Positions 1 to 11,820 of a stretch of 64,000 nucleotides of DNA are shown here, in pieces (within the stretch, counting starts at the first letter, position 1; each line of letters begins with the position of its first letter). The translations under genes and the position numbers were made by a program. The DNA is taken from positions 11,296,001 through 11,360,000 of the forward strand of contig CP068257.2 of NCBI GenBank assembly GCA_009914755.4. Direction: 5' to 3'. This DNA is from the human T2T-CHM13v2.0 reference genome, Homo sapiens. The notes beneath the pieces were generated by a model. That model had not been told where the DNA came from and ran no database searches. It saw nothing but the letters and a program-made list of their open reading frames with translations.

Positions 1-574
1 CAAAGCGTTCCAAATGTCCACATCCAGATAGTACAGAAAGAGCGTTTCAAACCTGCTCTATGAAAGGGAATGTTCAACTCTATGAGTTGAATGCAAACGT
101 CACAAAGAAATTTCTGAGAATGCTGCTGTCTACCTTTCATTTGAATTCCCGCTTCCAACGAAATCCTCCAGGCTATCCAAATATCCACTTGCAGATTCCA
201 CAAAAAGAGTGTTTCTAAACTGCTCTATCAATGGCAAGGTTCAACTCTGTCAGTTGAGGATACACATCACAAACAAGTTTCTGAGAATTCTTCAATTTTT
301 TTATGGGAAGATATTTCCTTTTTCACCGTAGGCGTCAAAGCGATCGAAATGTCTTCATCCATACAATACAAAAAGTGTGTTTCAAACCTGCTCTATGAAA
401 GGGAATGTTCATCTCTATGTGTTGAATGGAAATATCAGAAAGAAATTTCTGAGAATGCTGCTACTTTTTTATGAATTCCCGCTTCCAACGAAATCCTCAA
501 AGCAATCCAAATATCCACTTGCAGATTCCACAAAAAGAGTGTTTCAAAACTGCTCTATCAAGAGAAAGGTTCAA

Positions 575-1960
575 CTCTTTTAGTTGAGTACACACATCAC
601 ATACAAGTTTCTGAGAAAGCTTCTGTCTACTTTTTAAGGGAAGACATTTCCTTTTTCACCAAATGCATCAAAGCGCTCCAAATGTCCACTTCCAGATTCT
701 ACAAAAAGAGTGTTTCAAACCTGCTCTAAGTAAGGGAGTTTTCAACTCTGTGACTGGAATGCAGATATCACAAAGTAGTTTCTGAGACTGATTCTGTGTA
801 TACTTTAGATGAAGGTATTCCCGTTTCCAATGATATCGTTAGATCTACCCAAATATCCACTTACAGTTTCTACTAAAAGAGTGTTTCCAAACTGCTGCAT
901 CTAAAGAAAGTTTCAACTCTGTGAGTTGAGGACGCACATCACAAAGAAATTTCTGAGAAAGCTTCTGTCTAGATTTTGTATGAAGATATTCCCTTTTCCA
1001 ACGATATCGTTAAATCAACCCAAATATCAATTTGCAGAATCCACAGAAATAGAGTTTCAAAGCTGCTCTGTAAAAAGAAAGGATCCACTCTGTTAGCTGA
1101 GTACACACATCACAAACTTGTTTCTGAGAATCCTTCTGTCTAGTTTTTATGGGAAGATATTTACTTTTTCACCGTAGGTATCAAAGCGCTCCAAATGTCC
1201 ACATCCAGATACTACAGAAAGAGTGTTTCAAACCTGCTCTATGAAAGGGAATCTTCAACTCTATGAGTTGAATGCAGACATCAGAAAGTAATTTCTGAGA
1301 ATGCTGCTGTCTACCTTTCATTTGAATTCCCGCTTCCAACGAAATCCTCCAAGCTATCCAAATATTCACTTGCAGATTCCACAAAAAGAGTGTTTCAAAA
1401 CTACTCTATCAATAGAAAGGTACAACTGTGTCAGTTGAGGACACACATCACAAACAAGTTTCTCAGAATTCTTCAATTTTTTATGGGAAGACATTTCCTT
1501 TTTCACCGTAGGCGTCAAAGCACTCCAAATGTCCACATCCAGATAGTACAGAAAGAGTGTTTCAAACCTGCTCTATTAAAGGGAATGTTCAACTCTATGA
1601 GTTGAATGCAAACATCAGAAAGAAATTTCTGAGAACGCTGCTGTCTACCTTTTATTTGATTTCCCGCTTCCAACGAAAACCTCCAAGCTATCCAAATATC
1701 CACTTGCAGATTCCACAAAAAGAGTGTTTCAAAACTGCTCTATCAATAGAAATGTTCAACTCCTTTCGCTGGGTACACACATCACAAACAAGTTTCTGAG
1801 AAAGCTTCTGTCTAGTTTTTATGGGAAGACATTTCCTTTTTCACCAAAGGCATCAAAGAGCTCCAAATGTCCACTTCCAGATACTACAAAAAGAGTGTTT
1901 CAAAAGTGCTCTAAGAAAGCGAATGTTCAACTCTGTGACTTGAATGCAGATATCACAAAG
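575..1960. repeat. Variant HOR-related block, left copy. It is ~5-10% diverged from the homogeneous 11-mers and nearly identical to 7881-9270.
   Basis: The artefact ORFs at 1181, 1390, 1515, 1557 and 1724 reappear at 8487, 8696, 8821, 8863 and 9030, a constant offset of 7306 bp. Confidence 0.85.
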
Positions 1961-2003
1961 TAGTTTCTGAGAGTGCTTCTGTCTAGATTTTAGATGATGA
2001 TAT

Positions 2004-2019
2004 TCCCGTTTCCAACGAA
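2004..2019 (-). promoter_or_regulatory. CENP-B box (minus-strand orientation): tcccgtttccaacgaa = revcomp TTCGTTGGAAACGGGA.
   Basis: Exact match to the canonical 17-bp CENP-B box core. The nine essential positions nTTCGnnnnAnnCGGGn are intact. Confidence 0.85.
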
Positions 2020-2341
2020 ATCATTAGAGCTATCGAAATATCCACTTACAGTTTCTACAAAAAGAGTGTTTCCAAACTGCTGCATCAAAAGAGAGGTTCC
2101 ACTCTGTTAGCTGAGTACACACATCACAAACTTGTTTCTCAGAATCCTTCTGTCTCGTTTTTATGGGAAGATATTTACTTTTTCACCGTAGGCATCAAAG
2201 CGCTCCAAATGTCCACATCCAGATACTCCAGAAAGAGTGTTTCAAACCTGCTCTATGAAAGGGAATCTTCAACTCTATGAGTTGAATGCAGACATCAGAA
2301 AGAAATTTCTGAGAATGCTGCTGTCTACCTTTTATTTGAAT

Positions 2342-2357
2342 TCCCGATTCCAACGAA
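2342..2357 (-). promoter_or_regulatory. CENP-B box variant (revcomp TTCGTTGGAATCGGGA) in HOR monomer M1.
   Basis: Essential positions TTCG....A..CGGG are conserved. Confidence 0.75.
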
Positions 2358-2681
2358 ATCCTCCAAGCTATCCAAATATCCACTTGCAGATTCCACAAAA
2401 AGAGTGTTTCAAAACTGCTCTCTATCAATGGCAAAGTTCAACTCTGTTAGTTGAGGACACATATCACCAACAAGTTTCTGAGAATGCTTCTGTCTATTTT
2501 TTATGGGAAGATATTTCCTTTTTCACCGTAGGCGTCAAGGCGATCGAAATGTCCACTTCCACAAACTACAAAAAGAGTGTTTCAAACCTGCTCTATGAAA
2601 GGCCATGTTCATCTCTATGAGTTGAATGGAAATATCCGAAAGAAATTTCTGGGAATGCTGCTGTCTAGTTTTTATATGAAT

Positions 2682-2697
2682 TCCCGCTTCCAACGAA
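2682..2697 (-). promoter_or_regulatory. CENP-B box (revcomp TTCGTTGGAAGCGGGA) in HOR monomer M3.
   Basis: Essential positions are conserved. The box recurs at the same offset in every HOR copy (+1870 bp). Confidence 0.8.
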
Positions 2698-3531
2698 ATC
2701 CTCAAAGCAATCCAAATATCCACTTGCAGAATCCACAAAAAGAGTGTTGCAAAACTGCTCTATCAATAGAAAGGTTCAACTCTTTTAGTTGAGTACACAC
2801 ATCACAAACAAGTTTCTGAGAATGCTTCTGTCTGGCTTTTATTGGAAGACGTTTCCTTTTCACCAAAGGCATCAAAGCGTTACAAATGTCCACTTCCAGA
2901 TTCTTCCAAAAGAGTGTTTCAAACGTGCTCAAAGTAAGGGAATGTTCAACTCTGTGACTTGAATGCAGATATCACCAAGTAGTTTCTAATGGTGCTTCTG
3001 TCTAGATTTTAGATAATGATATTCCCGTTTCCAACAAAATCGTTAGAGCTATCCAAATATCCACTTACAGTTTCTACAAAAAGAGCGTTTCCAAACTGCT
3101 GCATCAAAAGAAAGGTTCAACTCTGTTAGTTGAGGACACACATCACAAAGAAGTTTGTGAGAATGCTTCTGTCTAGATTTTGTATGACCATATTCCCTTT
3201 TCCAACGATATCATTAAAGCAATCTAAATATCAATTTGCAGAATCCACAAAAATAGAGTTTCAAAGCTGCTCTGTAAAAAGAAAGGTTCCACTCTGTTAG
3301 CTGAGTACACACATCACAAACTTGTTTCTGAGAATCCTTCTGTCTCGTTATTATGGGAAGATATTTACTTTTTCACCGTAGGCATCAAAGCGCTCCAAAT
3401 GTCCACATCCAGATACTCCAGAAAGAGTGTTTCAAACCTGCTCTATGAAAGGGAATCTTCAACTCTATGAGTTGAATGCAGACATCAGAAAGAAATTTCT
3501 GAGAATGCTGCTGTCTACCTTTTATTTGAAT

Positions 3532-3547
3532 TCCCGCTTCCAACGAA
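3532..3547 (-). promoter_or_regulatory. CENP-B box in HOR monomer M8.
   Basis: tcccgcttccaacgaa, with essential positions conserved. Confidence 0.8.
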
Positions 3548-3873
3548 ATCCTCCAAGCTATCCAAATATCCACCTGCATTTTCCACAAAAAGAGAGTTTC
3601 AAAACTGCTCTATCAATAGAAATGTTCATCTCCTTTGGCTGGGTACACACATCACAAACAAGTTTCTGAGAATGCTTCTGTCTAGTTTTTATGGGAAGAC
3701 ATTCCCTTTTTCACCAAAGGCATCAAAGCGCTCCAAATGTCCACTTCCAGACACTACAAAAAGTGTGTTTCCAACGTGCTCTAAGAAAGCGAATGTTCAA
3801 CTCTGTGACTTGAATGCAGATATCACAAAGTAGTTTCTGAGAGGGCTTCTGTCTAGATATTAGATGATGATAT

Positions 3874-3889
3874 TCCCGTTTCCAACGAA
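3874..3889 (-). promoter_or_regulatory. CENP-B box in HOR monomer M10.
   Basis: tcccgtttccaacgaa, a perfect core. Confidence 0.85.
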
Positions 3890-4106
3890 ATCATTAGAGC
3901 TATCCAAATATCCACTTACAGTTTCTACAAAAAGAGTGTTTCCAAACTGCTGCATCAAAAGAGAGGTTCCACTCTGTTAGCTGAGTACACACATCACAAA
4001 CTTGTTTCTCAGAATCCTTCTGTCTCGTTTTTATGGGAAGATATTTACTTTCTCACCGCAGGCATCAAAGCGCTCCAAATGTCCACATCCATATACTCCA
4101 GAAAGA

Positions 4107-5976
4107 GTGTTTCAAACCTGCTCTATGAAAGGGAATCTTCAACTCTATGAGTTGAATGCAGACATCAGAAAGAAATTTCTGAGAATGCTGCTGTCTACCT
4201 TTTATTTGAATTCCCGCTTCCAACGAAATCCTCCAAGCTATCCAAATATCCACTTGCAGATTCCACAAAAAGAGTGTTTCAAAACTGCTCTCTATCAATG
4301 GCAAAGTTCAACTCTGTTAGTTGAGGACACATATCACCAACAAGTTTCTGAGAATGCTTCTGTCTATTTTTTATGGGAAGATATTTCCTTTTTCACCGTA
4401 GGCGTCAAGGCGATCGAAATGTCCACTTCCACAAACTACAAAAAGAGTGTTTCAAACCTGCTCTATGAAAGGCCATGTTCATCTCTATGAGTTGAATGGA
4501 AATATCCGAAAGAAATTTCTGGGAATGCTGCTGTCTAGTGTTTATACGAATTCCCGCTTCCAACGAAATCCTCAAAGCAATCCAAATATCCACTTGCAGA
4601 ATCCACAAAAAGAGTGTTTCAAAACTGCTCTATCAATAGAAAGGTTCAACTCTTTTAGTTGAGTACACACATCACAAACAAGTTTCTGAGAATGCTTCTG
4701 TCTGGCTTTTATTGGAAGACGTTTCCTTTTCAACAAAGGTATCAAAGCGCTCCAAATGTCCACTTCCAGATTCTTCCAAAAGAGTGTTTCAAACGTGCTC
4801 AAAGTAAGGGAATGTTCAACTCTGTGACTTGAATGCAGATATCACCAAGTAGTTTGTAATAGTGCTTCTGTCTAGATTTTAGATGATGATATTCCCGTTT
4901 CCAACGAAATCGTTAGAGCTATCCAAATATCCACTTACAGTTTCTACAAAAAGAGTGTTTCCAAACTGCTGCATCAAAAGAAAGGTTCAACTCTGTTAGT
5001 TGAGGACACACATCACAAAGAAGTTTGTGAGAATGCTTCTGTCTAGATTTTGTATGACGATATTCCCTTTTCCAACGATATCGTTAAAGCAATCTAAATA
5101 TCAATTTGCAGAATCCACAAAAATAGAGTTTCAAAGCTGCTCTGTAAAAAGAAAGGTTCCACTCTGTTAGCTGAGTACACACATCACAAACTTGTTTCTC
5201 AGAATCCTTCTGTCTCGTTTTTATGGGAAGATATTTACTTTTTCACCGTGGGCATCAAAGCACTCCAAATGTCCACATCCAGATACTCCAGAAAGAGTGT
5301 TTCAAACCTGCTCTATGAAAGGGAATCTTCAACTCTATGAGTTGAATGCAGACATCAGAAAGAAATTTCTGAGAATGCTGCTGTCTACCTTTTATTTGAA
5401 TTCCCGCTTCCAACGAAATCCTCCAAGCTATCCAAATATCCACTTGCATTTTCCACAAAAAGAGTGTTTCAAAACTGCTCTATCAATAGAAATGTTCAAC
5501 TCCTTTGGCTGGGTACACACATCACAAACAAGTTTCTGAGAATGCTTCTGTCTAGTTTTTATGGGAAGACATTCCCTTTTTCACCAAAGGCATCAAAGCG
5601 CTCCAAATGTCCACTTCCAGACACTACAAAAAGAGTGTTTCAAACGTGCTCTAAGAAAGCGAATGTTCAACTCTGTGACTTGAATGCAGATATCACAAAG
5701 CAGATTCTGAGAGGGCTTCTGTCTAGATTTTAGATGATGATATTCCCGTTTCCAACGAAATCATTAGAGCTATCGAAATATCCACTTACAGTTTCTACAA
5801 AAAGAGTGTTTCCAAACTGCTGCATCAAAAGAGAGGTTCCACTCTGTTAGCTGAGTACACACATCACAAACTTGTTTCTGAGAATCCTTCTGTCTCGTTT
5901 TTATGGGAAGATATTTACTTTTTCACCGTAGGCATCAAAGCGCTCCAAATGTCCACATCCAGATACTCCAGAAAGA
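4107..5976. repeat. HOR copy 2, an 11-mer of 1870 bp.
   Basis: Offset by exactly 1870 bp from copy 1, with only scattered single-base differences. Confidence 0.9.
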
Positions 5977-7675
5977 GTGTTTCAAACCTGCTCTATGAAA
6001 GGGAATCTTCAACTCTTTGAGTTGAATGCAGACATCAGAAAGAAATTTCTGAGAATGCTGCTGTCTACCTTTTATTTGAATTCCCGCTTCCAACGAAATC
6101 CTCCAAGCTATCCAAATATCCACTTGCAGATTCCACAAAAAGAGTGTTTCAAAACTGCTCTCTGTCAATGGCAAAGTTCAACTCTGTTAGTTGAGGACAC
6201 ATATCACCAACAACTTTCTGAGAATGCTTCTGTCTATTTTTTATGGGAAGATATTTCCTTTTTCACCTTAGGCATCAAGGCGATCGAAATGTCCACTTCC
6301 ACAAACTACAAAAAGAGTGTTTCAAACCTGCTCTATGAAAGGCCATGTTCATCTCTATGAGTTGAATGGAAATATCCGAAAGAAATTTCTGGGAATGCTG
6401 CTGTCTAGTTTTTATACGAATTCCCGCTTCCAACGAAATCCTCAAATCAATCCAAATATCCACTTGCAGAATCCACAAAAAGAGTGTTTCAAAACTGCTC
6501 TATGAATAGAAAGGTTCAACTCTTTTAGTTGAGTACACACATCACAAACAAGTTTCTGAGAATGCTGCTGTTGGGCTTTTATTGGAAGACGTTTCCTTTT
6601 CACCAAAGGCATCAAAGCGCTCCAAATGTCCACTTCCAGATTCTTCCAAAAGAGTGTTTCAAACGTGCTCAAAGTAAGGGAATGTTCAACTCTGTGACTT
6701 GAATGCAGATATCAAAAAGTAGTTTCTGAGAGTGCTTCTGTCTAGATTTTAGATGATGATATTCCCGTTTCCAACGAAATCATTAGAGCTATCCAAATAT
6801 CCACTTACAGTTTCTACAAAAAGAGTGTTTCCAAACTGCTGCATCAAAAGAGAGGTTCCACTCTGTTAGCTGAGTACACACATCACAAACTTGTTTCTCA
6901 GAATCCTTCTGTCTCGTTTTTATGGGAAGATATTTACTTTTTCACCGTAGGCATCAAAGCGCTCCAAATGTCCACATCCAGATACTCCAGAAAGAGTGTT
7001 TCAAACCTGCTCTATGAAAGGGAATCTTCAACTCTATGAGTTGAATGCAGACATCAGAAAGAAATTTCTGAGAATGCTGCTGTCTACCTTTTATTTGAAT
7101 TCCCGCTTCCAACGAAATCCTCCAAGCTATCCAAATATCCACCTGCATTTTCCACAAAAAGAGAGTTTCAAAACTGCTCTATCAATAGAAATGTTCAACT
7201 CCTTTGGCTGGGTACACACAGCACAAACAAGTTTCTGAGAATGCTTCTGTCTAGTTTTTATGGGAAGACATTCCCTTTTTCACCAAAGGCATCAGAGCGC
7301 TCCAAAGGTCCACTTTCAGACACTACAAAAAGAGTGTTTCAAACGTGCTCTAAGAAAGCGAATGTTCAACTCTGTGACTTGAATGCAGATATCACAAAGT
7401 AGTTTCTGAGAGGGCTTCTGTCTAGATTTTAGATGATGATATTCCCGTTTCCAACGAAATCATTAGAGCTATCCAAATATCCACTTACAGTTTCTACAAA
7501 AAGAGTGTTTCCAAACTGCTGCATCAAAAGAGAGGTTCCACTCTGTTAGCTGAGTACACACATCACAAACTTGTTTCTCAGAATCCTTCTGTCTCGTTTT
7601 TATGGGAAGATATTTACTTTTTCACCGTAGGCATCAAAGCGCTCCAAATGTCCACATCCAGATACTCCAGAAAGA
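5977..7675. repeat. HOR copy 3, a 10-mer variant of 1699 bp. One monomer (M6) is missing, and a hybrid M6/M7 monomer sits at ~6780-6950.
   Basis: The motif at 3385/5255 reappears at 6954, which is 1699 bp downstream rather than 1870. The region 6601-6950 lacks the monomer seen at 3100-3270 in copy 1. Confidence 0.85.
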
Positions 7676-7880
7676 GTGTTTCAAACCTGCTCTATGAAAG
7701 GGAATCTTCAACTCTATGAGTTGAATGCAGACATCAGAAAGAAATTTCTGAGAATGCTGCTGTCTACCTTTTATTTGAATTCCCGCTTCCAACGAAATCC
7801 TCCAAGCTATCCAAATATCCACTTGCATTTTCCACAAAAAGAGTGTTTCAAAACGGCTCTCTATCAATGTCAAAGTTCAA

Positions 7881-9270
7881 CTCTTTTAGTTGAGTACACA
7901 CATCACAAACAAGTTTCTGAGAAAGCTTCTGTCTACTTTTTAAGGGAAGACATTTCCTTTTTCACCAAAGGCATCAAAGCGCTCCAAATGTCCACTTCCA
8001 GATTCTACAAAAAGAGTGTTTCAAACCTGCTCTAAGTAAGAGAGTTTTCAACTCTGTGACTGGAATGCAGATATCACAAAGTAGTTTCTGAGACTGCTTC
8101 TGTGTATACTTTAGATGAAGATATTCCCGTTTCCAACGATATCGTTAGACCTATCCAAATATCCACTTACAGTTTCTACAAAAAGAGTGTTTCCAAACTG
8201 CTGCATCAAAAGAAAGGTTCAAGTCTGTTAGTTGAGGACACACATCACAAAGAAGTTTCTGAGAAAGCTTCTCTCTAGATTTTGTATGAAGATATTCCCT
8301 TTTCCAACGATATCCTTAAATCAACCCAAATATCAATTTGCAGAATCCACAGAAATAGAGTTTCAAAGCTGCTCTGTAAAAAGAAAGGATCCACTCTGTT
8401 AGCTGAGTACACACATCACAAACTTGTTTCTGAGAATCCTTCTGTCTAGTTTTTATGGGAAGATATTTACTTTTTCACAGTAGGTATCAAAGCGCTCCAA
8501 ATGTCCACATCCAGATACTACAGAAAGAGTGTTTCAAACCTGCTCTATGAAAGGGAATCTTCAACTCTATGAGTTGAATGCAGATATCAGAAAGTAATTT
8601 CTGAGAATGCTGCTGTCTACCTTTCATTTGAATTCCCGCTTCCAACGAAATCCTCCAAGCTATCCAAGTATTCACTTGCAGATTCCACAAAAAGAGTGTT
8701 TCAAAACTACTCTATCAATAGAAAGGTACAACTCTGTCAGTTGAGGACACACATCACAAACAAGTTTCTGAGAATTCTTCAATTTTTTATGGGAAGACAT
8801 TTCCTTTTTCACCGTAGGCATCAAAGCGCTCCAAATGTCCACATCCAGATAGTACAGAAAGAGTGTTTCAAACCTGCTCTATTAAAGGGAATGTTCAACT
8901 CTATGAGTTGAATGCAAACATCAGAAAGGAATTTCTGAGAATGCTGCTGTCTAGCTTTTATGTGAATTCCCGCTTCCAACGAAAAACTCCAAGCTATCCA
9001 AATATCCACTTGCAGATTCCACAAAAAGAGTGTTTCAAAACTGCTCTATCAATAGAAATGTTCAACTCCTTTCGCTGGGTACACAGATCACAAACAAGTT
9101 TCTGAGAATGCTTCTGTCTAGTTTTTATGGGAAGACATTTCCTTTTTCACCAAAGGCATCAAAGAGCTCCAAATGTCCACTTCCAGATATACAAAAAGAG
9201 TGTTTCAAAAGTGCTCTAAGAAAGCGAATGTTCAACTCTGTGACTTGAATGCAGATATCACAAAGTAGTT
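7881..9270. repeat. Variant HOR-related block, right copy, defining a ~7.3-kb super-period. Copy 4 of the 11-mer switches into this block through an M2/M4 hybrid monomer at ~7847-7980.
   Basis: Same observation as for 575-1960. Confidence 0.85.
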
Positions 9271-11820
9271 TCTGAGAGTGCTTCTCTCTAGATTCTAGAC
9301 GAAGATACTGCCGTTTCCATCGATATCGTTAGAGCTATCCAAATATCCGCTTGCTATTTCTACAAAAAGAGTATTTGCAAACTGCTGTATCAAAGACAGG
9401 TTGTACTCTGTTAGTTGACGACACTCCTCACAAAGGAGTTTCTGAGAATGCTTCTGTCTAATTTTTATTGGAAGATGTCTCCTTTTTCACCATAGGCCTG
9501 AAAGCGCTCGAAATGTCCCCTTCCAGATAGTACAGAAAGAGTGTTTCAAACCTGCTCTATGAAAGGAAATTTTCAATTCTGTGACTTAAAAGCAAACATC
9601 ACAAAGAAGCTTCTGAGAATTCTGCTGTCTTCTTTTTTATGTCATACCGTTTCTAACGAAATCCTCAAAGCTATCCAATTATCCACTTGCAGATTCCACA
9701 AAAAGAGTGTTTGAAAACTGATCTATAAATAGAAAAGTTCAACTCTGTTGGTTGAGTACATACTTCACAAAGTAGTTTGTTAGAATGTTTCTGTCTAGTT
9801 TTTATCGGAAGACATTTCCTTTTTCACCAAAGGCGTCAAAGCGCTCCAAATGTCCACTTCCAGATTCTACAAAATGAGTTTTCAAACCTGCTCTAAGAAA
9901 GGGAATGTTCAACTCTGTGACTTGAATGCAGATATCACAAAGTAGTTTCTGAGAGTGCTTCTGTGTATACTTTAGATGAAGATATTCCCGTTTCCAACGA
10001 TATCGTTAGACCTATCCAAATATCCACTTACAGTTTCTACAAAAAGAGTGTTTCCAAACTTCTGCATCAAAAGAAAAGTTCAACTCTGTTAGTTGAGGAC
10101 AGACATCAGAAAGAAGTTTCTGAGAATGCTTCTCTCTAGATTTTGTATGAAGATATTCCCGTTTCCAGGAATATCGTTAAAGCAATCCAAATATCAACTT
10201 GCAGATTCCACGGAAATAGAGTTTCTAAGCTGCTCTGTAAAAAGAAAGGTTCCACTCTGTTAGGTGAGTACGCACATCACAAACATATTTCTGAGAATCC
10301 TTCTGTCTAGTTTTTATGGGAAGATATTTCCATTTTCACCATAGGTGTCAAAGCACTCCTAATGTCCACTTCCCGATACTACAAAAAGGGTGTTTCAACC
10401 CGGCTCTATGAAATTGAATGTTCAACTCTACGAGTTGAATGAAAAGATCATGAAGAAGTTTCTGAGAATGCTTCTGTCTAGATTTTGTATGAAGGTATTC
10501 CCGTTTCCAACGAAACCCTCTAAGCTATCCAAATTTCCACTTACAGATTCTTCAAAAAGAGTGTTTCAAACCTGCTCTGTCAAAAGAAAGGTTCAACTCT
10601 GTTAGTTGAGGTAACACATCACAAACAAGTTTCTGAGAATGCTTCTGTCTTTTTTTTATTGGAAGATATTTCCTTTTTCACAATAGGCGACAAAGTGCTC
10701 GAAATATCCACTTGCACATACTACAAAAAGTGTGTTTCAAACCTGCTCTATGAAAGGAAATGTTCAACTCTATGAGTTGAAAGCAAACATCAAAAAGAAA
10801 TTTCTGAGAATGCTGCTGTCTACTTTTTATATGAATTCCCGTTTCCAATGAAATCCTCAAAGCAATCCAAGTATCCCCTTGTAGATTCCACAAAAAGAGT
10901 GTTTCAAAACTCCTCTATGAACAGCAAGGTTCAACTCTGTTAGTTGGGACACACATCACAAAGAGTTTTCTGAGAATGCTTCTATGTAGATTTTATATGA
11001 AGATATTCCCGTTTCCAACGAAATCCACAAAGCCATCCAACATCCCCTTGCCGATTCTACAAAAAGAGTGTTTCAAAACTGCTCTGTAAAAAGAAAGGTT
11101 CAACTCTGTTAATTGAGTACAGACATCCCAAACATGTTTCTGAGAATGCTTCTGTCCAGTTTTTAATGGAAGATATTTCCTTTTTCACCATAGGCGTCAA
11201 AGCGCTCCAAATGTCCAATTCCAGATACTACAAAAAAGAGTGTTTCAAACCTGCTCTATGTAAGGGAATGTTTATCTCTACGAATTGAATGAAAACATCA
11301 CAAGAAGTTTCTAGGAATGCTTCTGTCTAGGTTTTATAGGAAGATATTCCCGTTTCCAACGAAATCCTCAAGGCTATCCAAATATCCACTTCCAGATTCG
11401 ACAAAAAGAGTGTTTCAAAACTGGTCTGTCAAAAGAAAATTTCAACTCTGTTAGTTGAGTACATATATCACAAACCGGTTTCTGAGAATGCTTCTGTCTA
11501 GTTTTTATGGGAAGATATTTCCTTTTTCACCGAAGGCATCAAAACGCTCCAAATATCCACTTCCAGATACTACAAAAAGAGTGTTTCAAACCTGCTCTAT
11601 GAAAGGGAATGATGTTCAAATCTGTGACTTGAATGCGGATATCACAAAGCGGTTTCTGAGAGTGCTTCTGTCGAGATTTTATATGAAGATATTCCCGTTT
11701 CCAAAGAAATATTTAGCGCTATCCAAAGATCCACTTGCAGATTCTACAAAAAGAGTGTTTCCAAACTGCTGTATCAAAAGAAAGGTTCAACATCTGTGAA
11801 CATAAAGATGTTTCTGATAA
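9271..11820. repeat. Diverged alpha satellite in which the HOR monomer order is still recognisable but identity is clearly lower.
   Basis: From 9270 on, monomers resemble M5/M10, M6/7, M1, M4 and so on in order but carry many substitutions. There is an internal deletion at ~11790-11830. Confidence 0.8.

Larger units (their letters stand above)
2237..4106. repeat. HOR copy 1, an 11-mer of 1870 bp. Monomers M1-M7 are followed by M8-M11, which resemble M1, M4, M5 and an M6/M7 hybrid.
   Basis: Monomer-by-monomer reading. 3427-3598 is nearly identical to 2237-2407, and 3769-3938 resembles 2918-3087. Identity to copy 2 is ~99% in the stretches compared by eye. Confidence 0.9.
1..9270. repeat. Alpha-satellite higher-order-repeat (HOR) domain made of 171-bp monomers. 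The 1870-bp 11-mer period has copies ~99% identical, plus flanking variant blocks that are ~5-10% diverged from it.
   Basis: Monomer motifs (ccaaatatccacttgcagattctacaaaaagagtgtttcaaa...) recur every ~170-171 bp. Long identical stretches recur at 1870-bp spacing: the same 127-aa artefact ORF starts at 2237 and 5977, and the same sequence begins at 4107 inside the longer ORF 4002..4490. Minus-strand artefact ORFs recur at 2195, 4065 and 5935. Confidence 0.95.
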